In this document: piece by piece, positions 27,131 through 37,389 of the stretch
How the letters are laid out: each line of letters begins with the position of its first letter
Numbering within the stretch: position 1 is the stretch's first letter
Assembly: GCA_048465795.1 (NCBI GenBank)
Contig: DBFWKV010000033.1
Location: 598 to 64,597, forward strand
Direction: 5' to 3'
DNA: 64,000 bases
From: Alistipes sp.
GTDB lineage: Bacteria > Bacteroidota > Bacteroidia > Bacteroidales > Rikenellaceae
Program-made: the position numbers and the translations under genes
Notes under the pieces: generated by a model
What the model saw: the letters and a program-made list of their open reading frames with translations, nothing else
Databases searched by the model: none
What the model was told of the DNA's origin: nothing

Positions 27131-29187
27131 ACCGAGTGCGACGAACCAAACTCCGGATATTGCGCGGCGGCGTGCTGCTGCTGTTCATGTCGGCTTTCCT
27201 GAGCCGGTGTGCCACGATGATGACCCCCACGGGCGGGCCGAAGGACACGCTGCCTCCGGTGATCGTCTCGATGCTGCCCGACAACTACACGACCGACTAT
27301 CCGTTGATCCCGCACGGGGCGAAGATTTATGTCGAATTCGACGAATACGTGCAGCTCAAGGATCAGCAGAAGGAGTTCTTCACCTCGCCCCAGATGAAGA
27401 AGAAGCCGCAGTTGTCGATTCGCGGTAAGGGGCTGGTCATCCAGATCAAAGATACGCTGCGGCCCAACACGACCTATGCGCTCAACTTCGGCAGTTCGGT
27501 GCGCGACAACAACGAGGACAACCCGCTCTACTCGATGCGCTACGTCTTCTCGACGGGCAAGGAGATCGACTCGATGATCGTCTCGGGCTATACGGCCGAC
27601 AGCTACAAGGCCGACTCCGTACCCAAAAGTTTCGTCTGGTTCTTCATCGCCGACTCGGTGGAGAACGTCGCCGCGTACGACTCCACGATCTTCAAATACA
27701 AGCCTGCGGTGATCGCCCGGGCTGAGAACAACGGCATCTTCCTGGCGCAGAACCTCAAACCCGTGCCTTACCGCGTCTACGCCGTGCAGGACAAGAACGA
27801 CAACCAGATGTACGAGCCGGGCGTCGATCAGGTGGGATTCGTCGAAGGCACCTGGAATCCGGCCGAATTGCCCGAGTTCGGGATCTGGTACGACTCGATC
27901 CGCCGCTACGTGTCGGCCGATCCGCAGCTCTATTTCCGTATGTTCACCGATGTGGCGTTCCGCCGCCAAATTCTCCAGCAGGCCGACCGTCCCCTGCAGC
28001 ACAAAGCGATGCTCTACTTCGGCGCGGCGCGTCCGCAGATCGAGCGGATCCGCTTCGACAGCATTCCCGACGGGAAGTTCATCGTCGATCCGCAGACCGT
28101 GGGCCGCGACACCCTGGCCCTGTGGTTCGACATGCCGTCGGCCGCGCTGCCCGACACGATCAAAGGCGAGATCACCTATTTCAAACACGACTCGACCAAC
28201 ACGCTGCAGCCTGTGACCGAGCCGCTGAAGCTGGCCTGGCGGCTGATCGAGACCAAAGAGCAGGAGAAGGAGCGCGAGAAACGGGAGAAGGAGCGCCGCA
28301 AGGCCGAGCAGACCGGCGAGGAGTATACGCCCCCTGCGGAGAAGAATCCGTTCGCTTACAAACTCGCGCTCACGGGCGAGGTCAACCCCGAGGAGAGTCT
28401 CTTCATCGACTTCGATTACCCGCTTACCCGGCTCGACTCGGCGTCGATGCTGCTGACGGTGACCGAGGCCGACAATTCGATCCGCGACCTGTCCGTGCGC
28501 TTCGTGCGCGACACGGGGCTGCTGCGACGTTGGCACATCGAGGCTCCCTGGAAGCTGGGCGGAGAGTATACGCTCACCATCCCGAAGGGCGCGCTGCAGG
28601 ACGTGGCCGGTTTCTCGAACGATTCGATCATCGGCAAGTATACGGTGATGGATCCGGAGAAGTATGCCGTCGTGAAGATCAACGTCACGGGCAAGGATCC
28701 CGAAGCCAAATACATCATTCAACTGCTGGACGGCAACGGATCGCTCAAGCAGGAGAAACGCGATGTTACCACCGGTCAGTACCAGTTCAACTACGTCCCG
28801 GCGGGAGACATTAAGTTCCGCGTTGTCGAAGACCTGAACGGCAACGGCAAATGGGACACGGGCAACCTCGTGGAACGCCGCCAGCCCGAGCGGACGGAGA
28901 TTTACGCCAACGCCGACGGCGAGGAGACCTTCGTCACGAAAACCAACTGGGAGATCGAGTTCGACATGGACATGAACCGGATTTTCGCGCCCGTGACGAT
29001 GGAGTCGCTTTCGAGGATGCTCGACGAGCGCGAGCAGCAGCGTCTGCGCCGCGAGGCCGAGAAGCTGGCGAAGGACGGCAATAAAAACAGGAACAGGAAT
29101 CAGAACCAGCGTCAGGACGAAGACGACCGTCGCGCGAACAGCAACATGAACTCGACGGGTGGCATGTTCGACACGAGATACCGCTAA
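27127..29187 (+). CDS. Ig-like (Big_5-type) domain lipoprotein
   Basis: CATMMTPTGGPKDTLPP, FDEYV, NTTYALNFG, DLNGNGKWDTG. Confidence 0.82.
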   Translation: MNRVRRTKLRILRGGVLLLFMSAFLSRCATMMTPTGGPKDTLPPVIVSMLPDNYTTDYPLIPHGAKIYVEFDEYVQLKDQQKEFFTSPQMKKKPQLSIRGKGLVIQIKDTLRPNTTYALNFGSSVRDNNEDNPLYSMRYVFSTGKEIDSMIVSGYTADSYKADSVPKSFVWFFIADSVENVAAYDSTIFKYKPAVIARAENNGIFLAQNLKPVPYRVYAVQDKNDNQMYEPGVDQVGFVEGTWNPAELPEFGIWYDSIRRYVSADPQLYFRMFTDVAFRRQILQQADRPLQHKAMLYFGAARPQIERIRFDSIPDGKFIVDPQTVGRDTLALWFDMPSAALPDTIKGEITYFKHDSTNTLQPVTEPLKLAWRLIETKEQEKEREKREKERRKAEQTGEEYTPPAEKNPFAYKLALTGEVNPEESLFIDFDYPLTRLDSASMLLTVTEADNSIRDLSVRFVRDTGLLRRWHIEAPWKLGGEYTLTIPKGALQDVAGFSNDSIIGKYTVMDPEKYAVVKINVTGKDPEAKYIIQLLDGNGSLKQEKRDVTTGQYQFNYVPAGDIKFRVVEDLNGNGKWDTGNLVERRQPERTEIYANADGEETFVTKTNWEIEFDMDMNRIFAPVTMESLSRMLDEREQQRLRREAEKLAKDGNKNRNRNQNQRQDEDDRRANSNMNSTGGMFDTRYR

Positions 29188-29193
29188 CGAATT

Positions 29194-30000
29194 ATGAACA
29201 GAATCAAGACAGCAACCCTTTTCCTGCTGCTGGCCTTCGCGGCCCGGGGCGCCGTGGCACAGCATACGCTGGGTGTCGTGGCCGGCTACGGCATGGGCAG
29301 CAGCCGCCTCGACCCCAAGCAGGAGATGAAAGGAATCTGGGGTATGTACAGCGGCGGCGTTTCGTGGCGCTACTACGGCCCGCAGCGCTTCGTGGGCGGC
29401 TTCGGCATCGACCTGGAGTTTCTGCAGCAGGGCTTTTCGTTCGCCCCCAACGCTTCGACCATCGAGGACGAGAAGGACTACCGTTTTTACACACGCCGGC
29501 TCAATTCGGTGGTGCTGCCGATCGTCTGGCAGCCCCATGTCTACATGTTCCGCCGCCACGTGCGCCTCTACCTGGAGGCCGCCGCCACCTTCTCCTACAA
29601 TTTTTCGTCTACCTACGAGAACGAAGTGGCGCACGACCTGGGCGAGGCCGACTGGAAGGGATCGTACCGCTTCAAAACCGCGCGCGACAACCGTTGGGGA
29701 TACGGGCTTGCGGGCGGCGCAGGAATCGCGGTACTTATCAAACAGATCGAGCTGAACCTGCGCGTGCGCTACTACTTCGGTTATTCGGACATCGTGCGCG
29801 CCCGCACCAAATATGCCGACAATTCGACCGACGGTCCCGAAAATCCCTTTTGGGCCACGCCCCTGCGTTCGCCGCTCGATAACCTGAATATCAGTATCGG
29901 CGTCAGTTACCGCTTCAACAAAAAGGGCTTCAACGAGTGGTTCACGCCCCGGCCGAAGCGCGACAAAAACAAGGAATCGTTCAATTTCAACCTGAATTAA
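29194..30000 (+). CDS. Outer-membrane beta-barrel protein (PorT-like)
   Basis: Signal peptide, amphipathic beta strands, RYYFGYSD, IGVSYRF. Confidence 0.75.
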   Translation: MNRIKTATLFLLLAFAARGAVAQHTLGVVAGYGMGSSRLDPKQEMKGIWGMYSGGVSWRYYGPQRFVGGFGIDLEFLQQGFSFAPNASTIEDEKDYRFYTRRLNSVVLPIVWQPHVYMFRRHVRLYLEAAATFSYNFSSTYENEVAHDLGEADWKGSYRFKTARDNRWGYGLAGGAGIAVLIKQIELNLRVRYYFGYSDIVRARTKYADNSTDGPENPFWATPLRSPLDNLNISIGVSYRFNKKGFNEWFTPRPKRDKNKESFNFNLN

Positions 30001-30008
30001 CGGATATT

Positions 30009-30356
30009 ATGGAAAATACACGTCAGCAGAAAATCGCCAAACAAATCCAGAAGGACGTTGCGGAGATTCTCCAGAAGGAGGGCGCCGAACTGGTTCGCGG
30101 TGTACTCGTGACCGTCACGGCGGTGCGCGTTTCGCCCGACTTCAACTATGCGAAGATTTACCTGAGCGTCTTCCCCTTCGACCGGAGCGACGCAGTGATG
30201 CAGACGCTCGAAAAGCACAACTGGTTCATCCGCAAAGCCCTGGGCCAGCGAATCAAGAACCAGCTCAAGACCGTACCCGAGCTGCAGTTCTTCCTCGACG
30301 ACTCGTTGGAGTACATCGGGCATATCGACGAAGCGCTCAAGCAAAGTGAAAAGTGA
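30009..30356 (+). CDS. rbfA: Ribosome-binding factor A
   Basis: RQQKIAKQIQKD, VRVSPD, VPELQFFLDDS. Confidence 0.95.
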   Translation: MENTRQQKIAKQIQKDVAEILQKEGAELVRGVLVTVTAVRVSPDFNYAKIYLSVFPFDRSDAVMQTLEKHNWFIRKALGQRIKNQLKTVPELQFFLDDSLEYIGHIDEALKQSEK

Positions 30357-30610
30357 ACGTTTTCGATAAGCGAGGGCAGAGCCGAACTTGTTCGAGCTAT
30401 GCCGAGCGGAGAAAACGAAAAGACTGCGCAGCAGGCTTAACAGCGGATAAGCGAGGGCAGCGCCGAACTTGTTCGAGCTATGCCGAGCGCAGAAAACGAA
30501 AAGACTGCGCAGCAGGCTTAACAGCGGATAAGCGAGGGCAGCGCCGAACCAGTTCGGTCTCTGCCGAGCGGAGAAAACGAAAAGAGTGCGCAGCAGGCTT
30601 AAAATGGAAA
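30353..30610 (+). repeat. Three tandem 81-bp bulged-hairpin repeat units
   Basis: gataagcgagggcag at 30365, 30446 and 30527. Confidence 0.9.
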
Positions 30611-30839
30611 ACGGGGCTGTGCGGGAAGGTTTTCGAACTGCCGTAGGTAGTTCGGCAGGCTGCGGCTCCGCCCGGCGACGGCCTGCATCTTCGCTGCGCT
30701 TTCGGCCTCCGCGAGCCGAAGCCCGAAAAACCGGCAGCACATATGTGTATATACATATTATTTCCCGAGTTGCGATGCCGAGGCTGTATTCAGAAAAACT
30801 AATTTTTAATTCTTAATTTTTCATTTTTAATTGAACGAA

Positions 30840-32051
30840 ATGCTCGCCTCCCTCTTTGCCCGCCGTTACCTGTTCTCGCCCAAATCCCATGCGGTCATCA
30901 ACCGGATCGCGGGTCTGAGCGTGGCGGCCGTTGCGATGCCCGTGGCGGCGATGATCGTCCTGCTGTCGGTGTTCAACGGCTTCGAGGGGCTGATCCGCAC
31001 GATGACCACGGCATTCGATCCCGATCTCACGGTGACGGCCCGGCGGGGAGTGACGTTCCCCGTGGCGACGCTCGATACGGCGGCCCTGCGGCGCATCGAA
31101 GGCGTTGGGGCCTTGTCGTTCGTGCTCGAGCAGGGGGCGCTCGTCGAGCGCGGCGGACGGCAGGCGACCGTGACGGTGCGCGGCGTGGACGACGCGTACG
31201 GGGAGGTGCTGCCGATCGCTTCGACCGTGACGACGGGGGAATACAGCGTGCACCGGGGCGACCTGGAGCGGATGGTCGTCGGGCAGTCGTTGGCCTACCA
31301 GCTGGGAATCCGCTCGCTGGCCGACGCGGACGTTGCGGTCTACGCCCTGCGGCGCGGTTCCTTCTCGTCGCTGCTGCCTGCGGCGAACTTTTCGCGCCGT
31401 CAGGTGCCGGTGGAGGGGGTCTTCACGCTCGACCTCGAAACGGAGCAACAGTATGCGCTGGTCTCGCTGCGGTTGGCGCAGGAGCTGTTCAGCTACGCCG
31501 GGCGGGCGTCGGCGCTGGTTGTGGGAATCACTCCCGGAGCCGATGAGGCGGCCGTGAAACGGGCGGTGGCCGCCGTTGCGGGCGACGGATTCCGGGTGCG
31601 GAACCGTTATGAACTCAAGGCTTCGTTTTACGACATCATGACTTACGAGAAATGGGGTATTTTCTTCATTTCGCTGTTGGTGCTGGTGATCGCCTCGTTC
31701 TCGGTGGTCGGGGCGCTGACGATGCTCGTCCTCGATAAACGGCGCGACATCGCCACACTGCGGGCGCTGGGGGCCGATACGGGCTTCCTGCGCGCGGTGT
31801 TCCGAAGCGAGGGGGCGCTGATCTGCACGCTGGGTGCCGCGATCGGGGTGGTCGTCGGTGTGGGCGCCAGCCTTGTGCAGCAACATTTCGGACTGATCGA
31901 AATTCCGGCCGAGACGTTCCTGATGAAGAGTTACCCGGTGGAGTTCCGCTTCACGGATCTGGTGGCGGTGCTGGCCGCTTTCGGCGCGGTCGCGGCCCTG
32001 GTCTCCGATCTCACCGTACGCAGTATGATAAAAAAGAGACAAACGTTATGA
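30840..32051 (+). CDS. LolC/E-like (FtsX/MacB family) ABC permease
   Basis: FARRYLFS, LSVFNGF, DKRRDIATLRALGA, YPV; alternative TTG start at 30831. Confidence 0.88.
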   Translation: MLASLFARRYLFSPKSHAVINRIAGLSVAAVAMPVAAMIVLLSVFNGFEGLIRTMTTAFDPDLTVTARRGVTFPVATLDTAALRRIEGVGALSFVLEQGALVERGGRQATVTVRGVDDAYGEVLPIASTVTTGEYSVHRGDLERMVVGQSLAYQLGIRSLADADVAVYALRRGSFSSLLPAANFSRRQVPVEGVFTLDLETEQQYALVSLRLAQELFSYAGRASALVVGITPGADEAAVKRAVAAVAGDGFRVRNRYELKASFYDIMTYEKWGIFFISLLVLVIASFSVVGALTMLVLDKRRDIATLRALGADTGFLRAVFRSEGALICTLGAAIGVVVGVGASLVQQHFGLIEIPAETFLMKSYPVEFRFTDLVAVLAAFGAVAALVSDLTVRSMIKKRQTL

Positions 32052-32893
32052 AACCCATTTTCCGCCGGTTCGCCCTGGGGGCGCTCCTGTTGCTGGCAGG
32101 CGCCTGTGCCCGGCATAAGATTATTTCGGACAACCAGTTGGCCCTGATCTTTCACGATGCCTTCCTGGCCAATGCGTATGTCGGGACACAGGGCGTCGCG
32201 CTCGATTCGCTGAACATTTACGAACCGATCTTTGCGAAGTACGGCTACACGACGGCCGACGTGCAGTATACCATCGGCAATTTCTCCAAACGCAAGAGTG
32301 CGCGTCTGGGCGACATCGTGGAGCGGGCGATCGGGATGCTCGAAAAGGAGGGGGCGGTTTACGACAAGGAGGTCGCCGTGCTCGATACGGTGGACAACGT
32401 GGCCCGCCGCACCTTCACGCGCACGGTTTACCGCGATTCGCTCGTGCGTGTGCGGTCGCTGCGCGATACGGCGAAGCTGCGTATTGCGGTCTACGACCTT
32501 CAGCCCGGCGAATATAACGTACGGCTGACCTACGAGATCGATTCGCTCGACCGGAATCCCGGACTCAAAGCGGCCGTCTGGACGGAGCGGCAGGACAGCA
32601 CCCGATCGAACTATTACAGTTTCTTCCTGCGCCGCGACCGGGAGGAGCCTTTTGCACGGCGGTTCACGGTCGATACCACGATCCGGGGCCTGCACTTGGA
32701 CTTCGCCGTATTCCGCGACAAGCCTGGCCGCCCTTCGGTGACGTTGCGCGATGTGGAGGTCGAATATGTCCCGCCGACCGCCACAGCCGTCGACAGCCTT
32801 TATCTGCAACAACTTCCTGTCCGAATATTTGCCGATGAATTTATCCGAGCCGCAACCGTCACGCCCGTTTCAGGTACGCAAGATAGCCTCTAA
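32048..32893 (+). CDS. Lipoprotein, DUF4296-like N-terminus
   Basis: Lipobox AGA-C; IFAKYGYT pattern; overlaps the upstream stop (ATGA). Confidence 0.7.
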   Translation: MKPIFRRFALGALLLLAGACARHKIISDNQLALIFHDAFLANAYVGTQGVALDSLNIYEPIFAKYGYTTADVQYTIGNFSKRKSARLGDIVERAIGMLEKEGAVYDKEVAVLDTVDNVARRTFTRTVYRDSLVRVRSLRDTAKLRIAVYDLQPGEYNVRLTYEIDSLDRNPGLKAAVWTERQDSTRSNYYSFFLRRDREEPFARRFTVDTTIRGLHLDFAVFRDKPGRPSVTLRDVEVEYVPPTATAVDSLYLQQLPVRIFADEFIRAATVTPVSGTQDSL

Positions 32894-34001
32894 TTACCTC
32901 TACACGCCGCAGGGATTGCTGCCTCATCCGCTCATCGAGGCGGATTCCCGGGGACGTATCCTGTCCGTCAGCCTGTGCCCCGAACCCGACCGTCAGCCCG
33001 GCGTGGAGTTTTATGCCGGAATCCTGCTGCCGGGATTGGTCAATGCGCACTGCCACCTCGAACTTTCGTGCCTCGGCGGCCAACTTCCCGAAGGGGCGGG
33101 CTTTGCCCGTTTCATGGAGCTGATGCACGAGGCGCGCGCCCGCTTTTCGCACGAAGAACGTGCGCGTGCGGCTGCCGCCGCCGATGCCCGGCTCTGGCAA
33201 GAGGGGGTGCAGGCCGTGGGCGACATCGCATCGGGGGAGTGCGCCTTCTCTGTGAAGGCCCGGAGCCGGATCGCTTACCGAACATTTGTCGAGGTTTTCG
33301 GCCTCAGGAGCGACTCGGCGGAGCGGGTGCGTCCTTTGCTGCGCCATCCCGATACGTCGCTCACGCCTCATGCCGTCTATTCGGTGCAGGACAAACTCTT
33401 CCGCTCCCTGTGTGCAGAAGGGGACGCTCCCCTGTCGATCCATTTCCTCGAGTCGCCCGACGAGGCGGAACTTTTCCTCCGCCGGGGGCCGTTGTGGGAG
33501 TGGTACCGGCAATTGGGGGTCACATGCGACTTTCTCGCTTACGGACTTCCTGCCCGGCGAATCGTAGAGAGCATACCCCGTGACCGGAGCGTGATCCTGG
33601 TGCATGACTGCTGCGTGACGCAGATGGACATCGATCTCATTATGGAGCATTTCCGGGCGCCCGTGTGGTGGTGCCTCTGCCCCCGGTCGAACCGCTTCAT
33701 CTCGCGCCGGCTGCCGCCCGTCGGGCTGCTGCGCCGCAACAGGCTCAACATCTGCCTGGGCACCGATTCCCTTGCCTCGAACGACCGGTTGTCGATGCTC
33801 CACGAGATGCGGATGCTGCGCGGCGTGCCGCTGAGCGAAATGCTCGGGTGGGCGACGGTGAACGGCGCCGCAGCGCTCGGCATGCAGGAAGAGTTGGGCG
33901 AGGTGCTGCCCGGCCGTCGCTGCGGCCTCAACGTGCTCTCCGGGATCGACTACGAACGGATGGAACTGTCCGCCACGGCGTCCATCCGGCGCATCTTCTG
34001 A
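32835..34001 (+). CDS. Metal-dependent amidohydrolase/deaminase
   Basis: PGLVNAHCHLE, PHAVYS, IHFLES, CPRSN, LGTDSLASN. Confidence 0.88.
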   Translation: MNLSEPQPSRPFQVRKIASNYLYTPQGLLPHPLIEADSRGRILSVSLCPEPDRQPGVEFYAGILLPGLVNAHCHLELSCLGGQLPEGAGFARFMELMHEARARFSHEERARAAAAADARLWQEGVQAVGDIASGECAFSVKARSRIAYRTFVEVFGLRSDSAERVRPLLRHPDTSLTPHAVYSVQDKLFRSLCAEGDAPLSIHFLESPDEAELFLRRGPLWEWYRQLGVTCDFLAYGLPARRIVESIPRDRSVILVHDCCVTQMDIDLIMEHFRAPVWWCLCPRSNRFISRRLPPVGLLRRNRLNICLGTDSLASNDRLSMLHEMRMLRGVPLSEMLGWATVNGAAALGMQEELGEVLPGRRCGLNVLSGIDYERMELSATASIRRIF

Positions 34002-34164
34002 TCCGGCAACTCCGTTTTGCAATCCTCGCAGACGGGTGCTGGAAAACGACACTCAGGCCATAAGCATACTATTTGTGCAGGGATGCGTACTTTTTTCCGG
34101 AAAAGAAACGGTAGTTTTGTACGAACCGAAAACGGAGTTTTTAACCTTAAAAAATGATAAACCG

Positions 34165-35973
34165 ATGATGAAAACCTCCTTACTGACGATTGCGGCCGCG
34201 CTGACGGCCGTTGCAGCCGTCGCCCAGTGGCAGCCTGCGGGCGACAAGATCCGAACCGAGTGGGCCGAAAAGGTCTCGCCCGAAAACGTACTTCCCGAAT
34301 ACCCCCGTCCGCAGATGGTCCGACCCGAATGGCAAAACCTGAACGGGCTGTGGAACTACGCCATTCGTCCGATGGGGCAGCAGGCGGGCGAATACGACGG
34401 GCAGATCCTGGTGCCGTTCGCCGTGGAGTCGAGCCTCTCGGGCGTCGGCAAACCTCTCGGAGCCGAGAACGAACTGTGGTACGAGCGGACGTTCACCGTG
34501 CCGGCGAAGTGGAACGGGGACCGGGTGCTGCTGCACTTCGGTGCTGTGGACTGGAAGGCCGACGTGTGGGTCAACGGCACGAAGGTCGGCAGCCATACGG
34601 GCGGCTTCACGCCCTTCGCTTTCGACATCACCGGGGCGCTCAAAAAGGGCGCCAACGACCTGCAGGTGCGCGTGTGGGACCCTACGGACAAAGGCTGCCA
34701 GCCCCGCGGCAAGCAGGTCAACAATCCCGAGGGCATCTGGTACACGCCCGTGAGCGGCATCTGGCAGACCGTCTGGCTGGAGCCGGTGCCCGCACAGTAT
34801 ATTGCCGACGTGAGAACCACTCCCGACTTCGATCGTAACCTTTTCACGGTGGAGGCTGCCGTGAAGGATGCAAAAGCGGGCGATATGATCGAAGTGCGCC
34901 TTTTGGACGGGGGCCGCGAGGTGGCCGCAGGCCGTGCGCCGGTGGGCGTGGCGGCCGAGGTCGCCGTGGCCGATCCCAAACTCTGGAGCCCCGCGTCGCC
35001 GTTCCTCTACGACATGGAGGTGACGCTGGTGCGCGGCGGCAAGACGCTCGATAAGGTGCAGAGCTACACGGCGATGCGCAAATTCTCGACGGGCCGCGAC
35101 GCGGACGACATCGTGCGTCTGGAGCTGAACGGCAAGCCGCTCTTCCAGTTCGGGCCGCTCGACCAGGGCTGGTGGCCCGACGGGCTATACACCGCCCCGA
35201 CCGACGAAGCGCTCGAATTCGACATCGTGAAGACCAAAGAGCTGGGTTACAACATGATCCGCAAGCATGTGAAGGTGGAGCCGGCGCGCTGGTACTACTA
35301 CTGCGACAAGCACGGCATGATCGTATGGCAGGACATGCCGAGCGGCGATCGCGGCCCGCAGTGGCAGATGCACGACTACTTCACGGGCGCCGAGCAGATC
35401 CGTTCCGCAGAGTCGGAGGCCAACTTCCGCAAGGAGTGGAAGGAGATCATGGATTACCTCTGGTCGGTGCCCTCGATCGGCGTGTGGGTGCCGTTCAACG
35501 AAGCCTGGGGCCAGTTCAAGTCTCCGGAGATCGCAGCCTGGACGAAGGCTTACGACCCCTCGCGCCTGGTGAACCCCGCCAGCGGCGGCAACCACTACCT
35601 CGCGGGCGACATCCTCGACACGCACCACTACCCCCAGCCGCGCATGACGCTGCTCGACACCAAGCGCGCCACGGTGCAGGGCGAGTACGGAGGCATCGGT
35701 CTGGTGGTGAAGGATCACCTCTGGACGCCCGACCGCAACTGGGGCTACACCCGGTTCAACTCCCCGAAGGAGGTGACCGACGAGTATGAGAAATACTGCG
35801 ACATTCTCGAAAAACTGATCGAGAGGGGCTTCTCGGCAGCCGTCTATACGCAGACGACCGACGTGGAGGTGGAGGTCAACGGGCTGATGACCTACGACCG
35901 CAAGGTACTCAAAGTGGAGCCGGAGCGCATCCGTGCGATCAACCGGCGCATCTGTAACTCGCTCGACAAATAA
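34165..35973 (+). CDS. Glycoside hydrolase family 2 (secreted)
   Basis: EYPRPQM, NLNGLW, LHFGAVD, RKHVKVEP, PFNEAWG, GEYGG. Confidence 0.9.
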   Translation: MMKTSLLTIAAALTAVAAVAQWQPAGDKIRTEWAEKVSPENVLPEYPRPQMVRPEWQNLNGLWNYAIRPMGQQAGEYDGQILVPFAVESSLSGVGKPLGAENELWYERTFTVPAKWNGDRVLLHFGAVDWKADVWVNGTKVGSHTGGFTPFAFDITGALKKGANDLQVRVWDPTDKGCQPRGKQVNNPEGIWYTPVSGIWQTVWLEPVPAQYIADVRTTPDFDRNLFTVEAAVKDAKAGDMIEVRLLDGGREVAAGRAPVGVAAEVAVADPKLWSPASPFLYDMEVTLVRGGKTLDKVQSYTAMRKFSTGRDADDIVRLELNGKPLFQFGPLDQGWWPDGLYTAPTDEALEFDIVKTKELGYNMIRKHVKVEPARWYYYCDKHGMIVWQDMPSGDRGPQWQMHDYFTGAEQIRSAESEANFRKEWKEIMDYLWSVPSIGVWVPFNEAWGQFKSPEIAAWTKAYDPSRLVNPASGGNHYLAGDILDTHHYPQPRMTLLDTKRATVQGEYGGIGLVVKDHLWTPDRNWGYTRFNSPKEVTDEYEKYCDILEKLIERGFSAAVYTQTTDVEVEVNGLMTYDRKVLKVEPERIRAINRRICNSLDK

Positions 35974-35976
35974 ACC

Positions 35977-37122
35977 ATGAAATCGATTGCACGCGCGATG
36001 TTCGCCGCAGCGCTGCTCCTCGGAGCGGCCGCCTGCGGCGATGCGTCGCAGAGGACCGCTTCGGGTCTCGACCCCGAACGCTTCGCCGCCACGATCGACG
36101 GGAAGCGTACCGCCCTTTACACCCTCACGAATGCCGCCGGCACGGAGGTTTGCATCACCAACTTCGGGGGCCGTGTGGTCTCCGTCATGGTGCCCGACCG
36201 CGACGGCAGGCTGCGCGACGTGGTGTTGGGTTTCGACAACATCGACGACTACCGCACCGTCCCCAGCGACTTCGGAGCCGCGATCGGCCGCTACGCCAAC
36301 CGCATCGCGCAGGGCTGTTTCGTGCTCGACGGAGACACGGTGCAGCTGCCGCGCAACAACTACGGCCACTGCCTGCACGGCGGACCGGACGGCTGGCAGT
36401 ACCGGGTCTACGACGTGACGGAGGCGACGCCCCACAGCCTGACGCTGGAGATCCAATCGCCCGACGGTGACGCGAACTTCCCCGGCTGCGTCACCGCGCG
36501 GGTGAAATACACGCTCACCGAAGACAATGCGCTGGAGATCGCCTACGAGGCCACGACCGACGCCCCGACGATCATCAACATGACCAATCACACCTACTTC
36601 TGCCTGTCGGGCGACCCGGCGCAGGGTTCGCTGGACGACGTGCTGTGGATCGACGCCGACGGCTATACGCCCGTCGATTCGACCTTCATGACTACGGGCG
36701 AGATCGCGCCGGTCGAAGGCACACCGATGGATTTCCGCACGCCGAAGCGCGTGGGGGACGAGATCGACCATTTCGACTTCGAGCAACTGCGCAACGGGCA
36801 CGGCTACGACCACAACTGGGTGCTCAACACCGCCGGCGACCGGACGCGCTGCGCCGCGCGCCTCGCCTCGCCCGCGACGGGCATCGCGGTGGAGGTCTAC
36901 ACCGACGAGCCGGGCATGCAGGTCTACACCGGCAACTTCCTCGACGGCACGGTGACGGGCAAGGGCGGCGTGGCCTATCCCGCGCGCGCTTCGGTCTGCC
37001 TCGAAACGCAGCACTACCCCGACACGCCGAACAAGCCCCAGTGGCCCTCGGCCGTGCTGCGCCCCGGCGAAACCTACACGAGCCACTGCACGTTCCGCTT
37101 CACGACGGAGCCGTGCGAGTAA
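35977..37122 (+). CDS. galM: Aldose 1-epimerase (lipoprotein signal)
   Basis: GRYANRI, LHGG, TNHTYF, YDHNW, CLETQHYPD. Confidence 0.93.
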   Translation: MKSIARAMFAAALLLGAAACGDASQRTASGLDPERFAATIDGKRTALYTLTNAAGTEVCITNFGGRVVSVMVPDRDGRLRDVVLGFDNIDDYRTVPSDFGAAIGRYANRIAQGCFVLDGDTVQLPRNNYGHCLHGGPDGWQYRVYDVTEATPHSLTLEIQSPDGDANFPGCVTARVKYTLTEDNALEIAYEATTDAPTIINMTNHTYFCLSGDPAQGSLDDVLWIDADGYTPVDSTFMTTGEIAPVEGTPMDFRTPKRVGDEIDHFDFEQLRNGHGYDHNWVLNTAGDRTRCAARLASPATGIAVEVYTDEPGMQVYTGNFLDGTVTGKGGVAYPARASVCLETQHYPDTPNKPQWPSAVLRPGETYTSHCTFRFTTEPCE

Positions 37123-37125
37123 AAG

Positions 37126-37221
37126 TTCAACGTTTTCGATAAGCGAGGGCAGAGACCGCAAGCGGGCTTTGCCGAGCGGAGAAAACGAAGGGTAATTCAA
37201 CGTTTTCGGTAAGCGAGGGCG
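37126..37221 (+). repeat. Two partial bulged-hairpin repeat units
   Basis: ttcaacgttttcgataagcgagggc at about 37126 and a variant at about 37196. Confidence 0.75.
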
Positions 37222-37270
37222 AAAGGGGGACATATCCCTTCGGATTTGCCGGGCCGGAAAAGCCGCAGTT

Positions 37271-37304
37271 AAAAGAAAACCTGCCGAAAGGCAGGTTTTC
37301 TTTT
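37271..37304. terminator. Bidirectional terminator between convergent galM and xerD
   Basis: aaaagaaaacctgcc-gaaa-ggcaggttttctttt perfect hairpin. Confidence 0.85.
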
Positions 37305-37389
37305 AGCTGGAAGTCATTGACGGTTCTGTGTCTCAGGGCTTCATGGTGCGGGATGAACGGCTGCCGGCGGTTGCGACGGCTGTCTTTCT

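Noticed and set aside
27082..29634. Long antisense ORFs (this one, 9236-11515, 35185-37233 and others)
   Set aside because: Shadow frames of GC-rich genes with clear products on the opposite strand
30365..30607. CRISPR array
   Set aside because: Whole 81-bp units repeat in tandem with no unique spacers
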